From NCBI RefSeq assembly GCF_021869535.1, contig NW_026262581.1, positions 114,762,001 through 114,826,000 of the forward strand: DNA of 64,000 bases, given 5' to 3'. A program made the position numbers and the translations under genes. Of the stretch, positions 37,929 through 48,379 are shown piece by piece. The DNA comes from Mytilus californianus (Eukaryota). The notes beneath the pieces are model-generated. The model had not been told where the DNA came from and ran no database searches. It worked only from the letters and a program-made list of their open reading frames with translations. Numbering within the stretch: the stretch's first letter is position 1; every line of letters starts with the position of its first letter.

Positions 37929-38995
37929 GGCAGTTGCTATTTGTCCGGCTAGCCGGACGAATAGTACCAGGACTATTTGTCCGGCCAATACAATACGCAT
38001 GTCACTATTTGTGTGTGCGTGTAATATTATCTTCATCAGCACCAGGGGGTCGCAAATTATATATGGATATTTAAAAAGCAATGTTTTGCAATCTTTAATT
38101 GTAAGGCCCCAATCTTGTTACTGGTAATTGAAATTGTTGTTTCCTTCATATATAGTCCAATGTGGACAACGTATAATTTGAAATTTTTTTCATACATATT
38201 CCATATTTATTTCTTTATCTATGGCTTCACAATTGTATGAAGAGGGAAGAAAATACTTGTAAAGCAAACTTGGGTCGTGATTGACTCATGCATTTTAAGT
38301 TAACGTAAGGATTTGGTCTAGTTGAAAAAGATACAAAATTGTTATGTCTGAAGCTGTCAAACAGAATTATAGACCCCCTTAACATAAAGTTATCCATATT
38401 TTGAGTTAGAGGTGGTAGATTTTTCTATATGTTTCCCCCAAAAAGTAAACTACACTGTAAAAATCTTATTAGGAATCCCAGGTGGGATTTTTCTTTTTAT
38501 TTGTATTTATTGTTCTAAATAAATGCACTACGTTAGGGGGTCGAGGTGACACAGGGTTCCTTTTCCCAAATCCCTCTTTGTCCCCCCAGATCCGACCTTT
38601 GTTGTCCCCTATATTCCATATCCCCACTTTTTACAACCTATATCCCACATCCACACCTTTTGTAACCCCCGCTCCCCCTTATATCTCACTTTTCCTTGTG
38701 CTTTCAGTTATTTTTGAGTCCCTTTTATAAAATTAGATCTTTCTTTAAGTTCATACTTTCGTATTCGCTTGTCTAATTCTGAAAACTGTAAACTGTATCT
38801 AAAATATTGATATCGCTGTTTTCAGCCATGATCAGTCAAAATTGAAAATCAGTGATCGGATTACACGCGACCCCCTGGTGCTGCTGAAGATAATATGACA
38901 CGCACTTCCGCACGCACATAAAGTGACATGCGCATTGTCATGGCCGGACAAACAGTCCTAGCACTAGTCCGGCTAGCCGGACAAATAGCCACTCC
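37929..38995. mobile_element. Mutator-like non-autonomous element with ~130-bp TIRs and 10-bp TSD
   Basis: 37929-38060 is the inverted repeat of about 38870-38995 (gctatttgtccggctagccggac..agcaccagggggtcgc). GTATTATTAT at 37919-37928 and 38996-39005. Confidence 0.8.
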
Positions 38996-39053
38996 GTATT
39001 ATTATCAGTGGATCGATCTATCTGCTAGTAGATTGCAAGGCCCCGAAGGTGTC

Positions 39054-41175
39054 GATATCCTAGCCACCAATGCTGTTTGTATTGGCATGTTATTACTGTG
39101 ATATCCTAGCCACCAATGCTGTTTGTACTGACATGTTATTACTGTGATATCCTAGCCACCAATGTTGTTTGTATTGGCATGTTGTTGCTGTGATATCCTA
39201 GCTACCAATGCTGTTTGTATTGGCATGTTATTACTGTGATATCCTAGCTACCAATGCTGTTTGTATTGGCATGTTATTACTATGATATCCTAGACACCAA
39301 TGTTGTTTGTATTGGCATGTTGTTGCTGTGATATCCTAGCTACCAATGCTGTTTGTATTGGCATGTTATTACTGTGATATCCTAGCCACCAATGCTGTTT
39401 GTATTGGCATGTTATTACTGTGATATCCTAGCCACCAATACTGTTTGTATTGGCATGTTATTACTGTGATATCCTAGCCACCAATGCTGTTTGTATTGGC
39501 ATGTTATTACTGTGATATCCTAGCCACCAATGCTGTTTGTATTGGCATGTTATTACTGTGATATCCTAGCCACCAATACTGTTTGTATTGGCATGTTATT
39601 ACTGTGATATCCTAGCCACCAATGCTGTTTGTATTGACATGTTATTACTGTGATATCCTAGCAACCAATGCTGTTTGTATTGGCATGTTATTACTGTGAT
39701 ATCCTAGCCACCAATACTGTTTGTATTGGCATGTTGTTACTGTGATATCCTAGCCACCAATACTGTTTGTATTGGCATGTTGTTACTGTGATATCCTAGC
39801 CACCAATGCTGTTTGTACTGACATGTTATTACTGTGATATCCTAGCCACCAATGTTGTTTGTATTGGCATGTTGTTGCTGTGATATCCTAGCTACCAATG
39901 CTGTTTGTATTGGCATGTTATTACTGTGATATCCTAGCTACCAATGCTGTTTGTATTGGCATGTTATTACTATGATATCCTAGACACCAATGTTGTTTGT
40001 ATTGGCATGTTGTTGCTGTGATATCCTAGCTACCAATGCTGTTTGTATTGGCATGTTATTACTGTGATATCCTAGCCACCAATGCTGTTTGTATTGGCAT
40101 GTTATTACTGTGATATCCTAGCCACCAATACTGTTTGTATTGGCATGTTATTACTGTGATATCCTAGCCACCAATACTGTTTGTATTGGCATGTTATTAC
40201 TGTGATATCCTAGCCACCAATGCTGTTTGTATTGACATGTTATTACTGTGATATCCTAGCAACCAATGCTGTTTGTATTGGCATGTTATTACTGTGATAT
40301 CCTAGCCACCAATACTGTTTGTATTGGCATGTTGTTACTGTGATATCCTAGCCACCAATACTGTTTGTATTGGCATGTTGTTACTGTGATATCCTAGCCA
40401 CCAATACTGTTTGTATTGGCATGTTATTACTGTGATATCCTAGCTATCCTAGCCACCAATGCTGTTTGTATTGGCATGTTATTACTGTGATATCCTAGCC
40501 ACCAATGCTGTTTGTATTGGCATGTTGTTGCTGTGATATCCTAGCCACCAATGCTGTTTGTATTGGCATGTTATTACTGTGATATCCTAGCCACCAATGC
40601 TGTTTGTATTGGCATGTTATTACTGTGATATCCTAGCCACCAATGCTGTTTGTATTGGCATGTTATTACTGTGATATCCTAGCCACCAATGTTGTTTGTA
40701 TTGGCATGTTATTACTGTGATATCCTAGCCACCAATGCTGTTTGTATTGGTATGTTATTACTGTGATATCCTAGCCACCAATGCTGTTTGTATTGGCATG
40801 TTGTTGCTGTGATATCCTAGCTACCAATGCTGTTTGTATTGGCATGTTATTACTGTGATATCCTAGCTACCAATGCTGTTTGTATTGGCATGTTATTACT
40901 TTGATATCCTAGCCACCAATGCTGTTTGTATTGGCATGTTATTACTGTGATATCCTAGCCACCAATGCTGTTTGTATTGGCATGTTATTACTGTGATATC
41001 CTAGCCACCAATGCTGTTTGTATTGGCATGTTGTTACTGTGATATCCTTGCTACCAATGCTGTTTGTATTGGCATGTTATTACTGTGATATCCTAGCCAC
41101 CAATACTGTTTGTATTGGCATGTTATTACTGTGATATCCTAGCCACCAATGCTGTTTGTATTGGCATGTTATTAC
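39054..41175. repeat. 46-bp minisatellite, about 46 copies, intronic
   Basis: Unit gatatcctagccaccaatgctgtttgtattggcatgttattactgt. Confidence 0.97.
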
Positions 41176-41485
41176 TTCAATAGAAACTGCCAGCTAACGT
41201 TAGATATCTTCCCAATGCACACGTCTACGCTGTTTTTTTGTGTGTGTTTTGATTCTATTTTGTTTTTCAGTTGTTTTTGTGAGATGGAGATATAATCGTC
41301 TTATTGGTGTTTTTGTATTTGATTGTGTAATAGTGTATTACCTTGCTTTGAACCTGATGAAAATCTAATTTTTTTACAAAGTCAGTATGAACGGTTTATG
41401 TAAATAGTTTAAACTATGAACCATCTATTTAAGAAAGATGTTTATGTCATTTTGTACTTTAAAGTATATTTGCATCCTTTGGTAG

Positions 41486-41592
41486 ATTTAAGAGTCAACA
41501 AGACACCAACAGCCTTGGGTCCTAAAAATGAGAGAATTAAAAAGGAAAATATACCAAAGAACAGTAAAAGTAAACCTCCTCCAGAACATATA
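41486..41592 (+). CDS. Second coding exon (Lys/Pro-rich linker) of the CARD-coiled-coil gene
   Basis: catcctttggtAG|..ATA|GTAAGT, 107 bp, phase 1 to 0, exactly bridging the CARD exon and the coiled-coil exon: DLRVNKTPTALGPKNERIKKENIPKNSKSKPPPEHI. Confidence 0.65.
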
Positions 41593-42309
41593 GTAAGTCT
41601 AATGTTACTGTCGTGGTTAACCAGTTGCTATCTTTTCATACATTTGTCTTTCATTTACGTCAAACGCGATTTAAATATGTTTGATTGTGATTCAACCAAG
41701 GTATGAAGGGATTATGGATTTTAATACAAGGTGTGTGTTATAATTAGACTTTTGTCACCATAAGCATTTTTAGATATCCTATCATATCCAAACTTCCTCG
41801 ACACAATCAGTTCAAGCACTTTAAAGAGTCTTTTTGCACTGTATTTGAATAATTTTACTGTGTTAATTCTATAAAGCGAATCTCCAACTTAAAAGTGTTA
41901 TTCCTTAAAAGTTCATGTTTTGATTTACCTTATTTTTTATTTGATTGTCACCTATTTGAAGATCATGTGAGTCTTATATAATAAAAAAAATTTAACACCA
42001 CAGTGCAGTCCCATTGACGTGAACCCTTCGTCGCCTCACATTCATTTACTTGAACTTCAAACAGAGTAATGTAATCACAAAACTGACTGAGACATTTGAT
42101 GTTCACCATTTTCCAAAATATTACCCTTTAAAAATAATGTCTACAAAATCAGGGAAGTAACTGTACTTCAAGTCTTTACACCAGCCATTGAAATAGAATG
42201 CAGCATTACGTATACTGCTCATTGTAAGGGTTATTTACTAGATTATACTAGACTAGTCTGGTATCGACACTGTTTGACACCAAATTGGTTAACAAACTCG
42301 TGACAAAAG

Positions 42310-42440
42310 AGATGCGAAAGATACCAAAGAGATACTCAAAATCATAAGTCGAAAACACACTGACAAAGAAAGCCAAGGCAAAAAACGAAAAACGACGAAA
42401 AGACAAGTAGTACACAAAACACAACAAGAAAAACTAAAGA
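42310..42440 (+). repeat. A-rich dispersed repeat family
   Basis: cataagtcg..aaacgacgaaaagac..cacaaaacac..aactaaaga(c/t)tg. Degenerate relatives at about 10790, 14340, 51650 and, inverted, 55560. Confidence 0.5.
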
Positions 42441-43354
42441 CTGATTTCAACTTGACCACTTGGTTCAATAGCTTCCTTGTAAGCAACAACCCTCTACCAA
42501 GGAAAGTGTCTAAAGAGGTGTTTGGAGTTTAAATACTTTTAAAGTGTCTAGTTCTCACATTACCTTTTATTTCGACATTTATGTTTGGTCTAGCCATCTC
42601 GGCAATACGATGGGTGTAACTTTCAGATCGTGTTGCCCTATCAACGTTCTGTTTATTTCCATAAAATCTAAATATTATTCAGCCAATACAATTTTAATAA
42701 GAAGGTGCTGATTGTAAATATCGCATATGTAACCAATTTTTTTTTTCTCAAAGAAAGTTTCGATTGAATTTTGATTTTGTTTAGGAATTTTCCTTCAGTA
42801 AATTTGATATTAAAATAATTAAAAAGTTGCCAATACCTATCAAAAAGTTAAAATGCAGTTTTAGCCATCCAAAGGAATTTATAATATAATACATGAAGCT
42901 GTGATACTGTGGAATTAAGTATAGATTCAAGGACATATTAAATTACACTGCTGGTAAAAATCAATACATCAGAATCTTTATTTGTTTGTTGTTTATTGTA
43001 CCATAGTATAAGTGTTGGCTTGGTCATGAATTGTTGTATTTAGGCATATACAGGTTTAATTGATTTTGTACTTCATTTATTACTAATAGAAAATGCGTCA
43101 GTGGAAACATATAACTAGGGGTTAGTACAGGGTTTTATATGATAAACATAACATTCTGCATCTCACGCCAAGATAAGATTGTCTCCTTTGTAAAGCATAA
43201 CGTATATTTATGTTATCAAAGAACATTGTTAAACTAATGAACCAACCAGGTCAAGAACTATGCGTCAATCTTAGCTTTCCACATTCATGTGTTTCCCCTT
43301 TATCCAGGTTCCTATACATGATATTTTATGTCACCATTTCTGTTGTATTTTCAG

Positions 43355-44206
43355 TCTAAACATGACCGCACACCAAGTGATATAAAGCGAGAAAACTCTG
43401 AACTTAGGAATCAACTAACAACAATCTCCTCTCATGTTGGACACCTTCATTCAGTGACCCAAAACATAGCAGGGTCACTTGTGTCACATAGTAAGACGTT
43501 CGTGGCAGAAAAGGAATCTTTTGTTCAAAGGATTCAAAATATAGAGGAGCATGAAAAATATCTGGAGCTGCAAGATACGAATCTTAAACAGGAAATGGTT
43601 ATAAAACATTTACGATCTGAAATCGTAGATCTGAAAGTTGATCTAAATCATCAAATTAACCAACTGGAAATAAAACTGAAGGATGCTAACGTGAAGAGGG
43701 AACTTAAACAGCAAGAAGCTGAAAATTTGCTTAGTAAGATCACAGGGATAAAAACACAAATGCAAAGTCTTACTAAAGATTTAAATCTAGAGAGAGAAGA
43801 AAAAATAAAACTGAAAACAGAATCGACAAAATTACGGAAGCAGAATAGTGACCTTCAAGAAAAAATTAGGCAACAAACTTCAAAAGTAGTGTCGTTCGAA
43901 AATGATATGCTGCAAGTAAAGTCGGAGAAAGAATCGGCAAAATCTGAATTTAAACTTCTTCAGAAAAAAATGTCAGAAACCGAGAAAATGTTGAAAGATA
44001 AGACACAGAAAAATGATGAATTATCACATGATATAATTGATGCAAAGTGTAAGGCTGAAGAATTTGAACAGGAAAACAAAAGACTAGAGAACAAAGTAAG
44101 CAATTTTGAAAAAGAGATTGTAGACTTGAAGGCAAAACTCCACAAACTAGAAGCAGATAAACAACGAGCTAGAATGAAAAGTAGCGTTGTCCCGACATGG
44201 CGCTAA
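43355..44206 (+). CDS. Terminal coiled-coil exon of the CARD-coiled-coil gene
   Basis: ctgttgtattttcAG| phase 0. 283 codons, E/K/L/Q-rich and heptad-like, nearly proline-free through the central region; stop at 44206. The listed ORF start (MSPFLLYFQ) is intronic polypyrimidine sequence. Confidence 0.8.
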   Translation, partial: SKHDRTPSDIKRENSELRNQLTTISSHVGHLHSVTQNIAGSLVSHSKTFVAEKESFVQRIQNIEEHEKYLELQDTNLKQEMVIKHLRSEIVDLKVDLNHQINQLEIKLKDANVKRELKQQEAENLLSKITGIKTQMQSLTKDLNLEREEKIKLKTESTKLRKQNSDLQEKIRQQTSKVVSFENDMLQVKSEKESAKSEFKLLQKKMSETEKMLKDKTQKNDELSHDIIDAKCKAEEFEQENKRLENKVSNFEKEIVDLKAKLHKLEADKQRARMKSSVVPTWR

Positions 44207-44452
44207 AAACGAGTATGATCTGTTTTGTCTTGACATTTTGTAAATATTGCCGCAAAAAATACACATCTATATTTGTTTTATTGTTGATGTTATAAGTATT
44301 AAACTAATTGTTGTTGTTTTTCAATTGGATTCATTAGAATAATAGATACATTTTACTTTTATTGGCCCGCTATTGGATATTTGATTTAAAAAAAAGAAGT
44401 ATAGCTTCTCTATAAAATTATGTTAACAGCAATCTGTAAGGGAGCTACCATT

Positions 44453-45842
44453 TGACTCACCTTTTCAAAGGAAATGTGAGCTTTTGCCATCACTTGTCGT
44501 CCGTCGTCGTCGTCCGTCCGGTGTAAACTATTTCAAACATCTTCTCCTCTGAAACTACTGAACCAATTCCAACCAAACTTAAGCTAAATGATCCTTAGGG
44601 TATCTAGAATAAAGTTTGTATTTTATTTTTTGTTTGGTCAAAAAACATGGCCGCCATGGCTTAAAATAGAACATAGGGGTAACATGCAGTTTTGGCTTAT
44701 ATCTCAAAAACTAAAGCATTAAGAGCAAATCTGACGGGGTAAAAATGTTAATTAAGTCAAGTTCTATCAGCCCTGAAATTTTCAGATGAATCTAACAACC
44801 CATTGTTGGGTTGCTGCCACTAAATTGGTAATTTTAAGGAAATTTTGCAGTTTTTGGTTATCTTGAATATTATTATAGATAACGATAAACTATAAAAAGC
44901 AAAAATGTTCAGCAAAGTAAGATCTACAAATAAGTTTAATATGACCAAAATTGTCAATTGACCCCTTGAGGAGTTATTGCCCTTTAAAGACAATTTTGCA
45001 TAATTTGTTTATCATGTTTTCTAACTTTAAAAAATCTTCTCCTCTGAAACTACTGAACCAAACTAAACCAAACTTAAACTGAATGATTCTTAGGTCATCT
45101 AGAATAAAGTTTGTGTTTTATTTTCTGCTTCCTCAGATAACATGGCTTTCATGGCTAAAAATAGAACATAGGGTAAAATGCAGTTTTTGACATATATCTC
45201 AAAAACTAAAGCATTTAGAGCAAATCAGACAAGAAATTAAAGTATTCATTAGGTCAAGGTCTACCTGCCCTGAAATAATCAGCCTAATCGGGTATCTGAT
45301 TTTTAGGTTATTGTCCATGAATTGATGATTTTAAGGAAAATTTGTAGTTTTCGGTTATTATCTTGAATATTATTATAGATAAAGATAAACTGTAAACAGC
45401 AAAAATGTTCAGCAAAGTATGATCTACAAACAAATTTTATGATATGACCAAAATTTTCAATTGACCCCTTAAGGAGTTATTGTCCTTTAAAGACAATGTT
45501 TCACAATTTGTTCATCTGGTTTGCTTACTTTAAAAAATCTTCTCCTTTGATATTGCTGAATCAATTTCAGCCAAACTTGGGCTGAATGAGTGTCAGAGTA
45601 TCTAGTATAATTTTTGTATTTTATTTCCTTGTACGTCAAGAAACATAGCCACTGTGGCTTAAATGGAACATATGAGTAAAATGCATTTTTTTTGCTTTTG
45701 AAGAAAATATGATACAAAGAACATTTAAATGTCATTTTTAAGCCACTCATTAATATATATTGAAAAGCAAAAATAATCATTGATGAAAGATTTGAGCAAA
45801 AAATTACAGGTGAGCGATTCAGGCTCTTGAGAGCCTCTTGTT
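44453..45842 (-). mobile_element. Helentron-associated element (HINE-like), copy A
   Basis: On the plus strand: actcacc..gtgagc subterminal IR, (GTC)n tract, ~500-bp core units, end GGTGAGCGATTC plus hairpin AGGCTCT-TG-AGAGCCT-cttgtt. Confidence 0.82.
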
Positions 45843-46152
45843 TTTTGCCAAGTTGCTCATCCTGCTTTTTTTCAAATTTCCTATATATTCAATCTGAAAT
45901 AAATTCCTGCTAGTGAAATTGACTATATAAGCTCAGTCTTGATGACACAATTTGGTTATTGGAGTGACGATTTATCTAACTTTAGCAAAACACAGGCTTG
46001 TTTCAGGAACATTTCGGCTAAATTAGTATAGAGCACAAGGGTCGCAAAAAACAAAGAGAGAAACATGAAATACACTTCCTGTGTATAAAATATCTTTTTA
46101 GGTGACGCTTGTGCTCTGTGTATTATTTCTTATTGTCGGTGTGTCACATTTC

Positions 46153-48068
46153 TAGCTCACCGGGGCCCGAAGGGCCCCATGTGAGCTTATGCCATCACTT
46201 GGCGTCCGTCGTCGTCCGTCGTCTGTCGTCGTAAACTATTTAAAAAATCTTCTCCTCTGAAACTACTGGGCCAATTACCTTCAAACTTTAACTAAATGTT
46301 CCTTAGGGTATCTAGTTTATAAATTGTATCCGAAGTTTTGATCCATCGACAAACATGGCCGCCATGGCTAAAAATAGAACATAGGGGTCAAATGCAGTTT
46401 TTGGCTTATATCTCAAAAACTAAAGCTTTTAGAGCAAATCTGACACTGAGTAAAATTGTTCAATTGGTCAAGATCTATCAGCTCTGACATTTTCAGACGA
46501 ATCGAACAACCCATTGTTGGGTTGCTGCCATCAAATTGGTAGTTTTAACAAAATTTTGCAGTTTTTTGTTATTATTTTGAATATTATTATAGATATATAT
46601 AAACTGTAAGCAGCAATAATGTTCAGCAAAGTAAGATCTACAAAAACGTTATTATGACCAAAATTATCAATTGACCCCTTAAGGAGTTATTGCCCTTTAA
46701 AGACAATTTAACACAATTTGTTCATCAAGTTTGCTAACATTTAAAAATCTTCTCCTCTGAAACTACTGGGCCAATTACCTTCAAACTTTAACTAATTGTT
46801 CCTTAGGGTATCTTGTTTATAAATAGTATCCGAAGTTTGTATCCATCGACAAACATGGCCGCCATGGCTAAAAATAGAACATAAGGGTCAAATGCAGTTT
46901 TGGCTTATATCTCAAAAACTAAAGCATTAAGAGCAAATCTGACAGGGGGTAAAAATGTTAATTAAGTCAAGTTCTATCAGCCCTGAAATTTTCAGATGAA
47001 TCTAACAACCCATTGTTGGGTTGCTGCCACTAAATTGGTAATTTTAAGGAAATTTTGCAGTTTTTGGTTATCTTGAATATTATTATAGATAACGATAAAC
47101 TATAAAAAGCAAAAATGTTCAGCAAAGTAAGATCTACAAATAAGTTTAATATGACCAAAATTGTCAATTGACCCCTTGAGGAGTTATTGCCCTTTAAAGA
47201 CAATTTTGCATAATTTGTTTATCATGTTTTCTAACTTTAAAAAATCTTCTCCTCTGAAACTACTGAACCAAACTAAACCAAACTTAAACTGAATGATTCT
47301 TAGGTCATCTAGAATAAAGTTTGTGTTTTATTTTCTGTTTCCTCAGAAAACATGGCTGTCATGGCTAAAAATAGAACATAGGGTAAAATGCAGTTTTTGA
47401 CATATATCTCAAAAACTAAAGCATTTAGAGCAAATCAGACAAGAAATTAAAGTATTCATTAGGTCAAGGTCTACCTGCCCTGAAATTATCAGCCAAATCG
47501 GGTATCTGATTTTTAGGTTATTGTCCATGAATTGATGATTTTAAGGAAAATTTGTAGTTTTCGGTTATTATCTTGAATATTATTATAGATAAAGATAAAC
47601 TGTAAACAGCAAAAATGTTCAGCAAAGTATGATCTACAAATAAATTTTATGATATGACCAAAATTTTCAATTGACCCCTTAAGGAGTTATTGTCCTTTAA
47701 AGACAATGTTTCACAATTTGTTCATCTGGTTTGCTTACTTTAAAAAATCTTCTCCTTTGATATTGCTGAATCAATTTCAGCCAAACTTGGGCTGAATGAG
47801 TGTCAGAGTATCTAGTATAATTTTTTGTATTTTATTTCCTTGTACGTCAAGAAACATAGCCACTGTGGCTTAAATGGAACATATGAGTAAAATGCATTTT
47901 TTTTGCTTTTGAAGAAAATATGATACAAAGAACATTTAAATGGCATTTTTAAAAATGGCATTTTTAAGCCACTCATTAATATATATTGAAAAGCAAAAAT
48001 AATCATTGATGAAAGATTTGAGCAAAAAATTACAGGTGAGCGATTCAGGCTCTTGAGAGCCTCTTGTT
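46153..48068 (-). mobile_element. HINE-like element, middle (chimeric) copy
   Basis: TAGCTCACC-ggggcccgaagggcccc-atGTGAGCT, (GTC)n, core units, same terminal hairpin. Left part matches the third copy, right part matches copy A. Confidence 0.85.
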
Positions 48069-48379
48069 TTTTGCCAAGTTGCTCATCCTGCTTTTTTTTC
48101 AAATTTCCTATATATTCAATCTGAAATAAATTCCTGCTAGTGAAATTGACTATATAAGCTCAGTCTTGATGACACAATTTGGTTATTGGAGTGACGATTT
48201 ATCTAACTTTAGGAAAACACAGGCTTGTTTCAGGAACTTTTCGGCTAAATTAGTATAGAGCACAAGGGTCGCAAAAAACAAAGAGAGAAACATGAAATAC
48301 ACTTCCTGTGTATAAAATATCTTTTTAGGTGACGCTTGTGCTCTGTGTATTATTTCTTATTGCCGGTGTGTCACATTTC

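Noticed and set aside
39054-41175. CRISPR-like appearance of regular arrays (also 12409, 20412, 28487, 62375)
   Set aside because: Units are head-to-tail with no unique spacers, no cas genes are present, and the context is eukaryotic.
43308-43354. Alternative acceptor at 43307 for the coiled-coil exon
   Set aside because: With the phase-0 upstream donor it shifts the frame and reaches a stop within about 25 codons.
45487-48102. Near-identical ORFs 45487..45780 and 47812..48102; also 58220..58525 and 58617..58919
   Set aside because: Products of duplicated non-coding HINE sequence; no domain signal.
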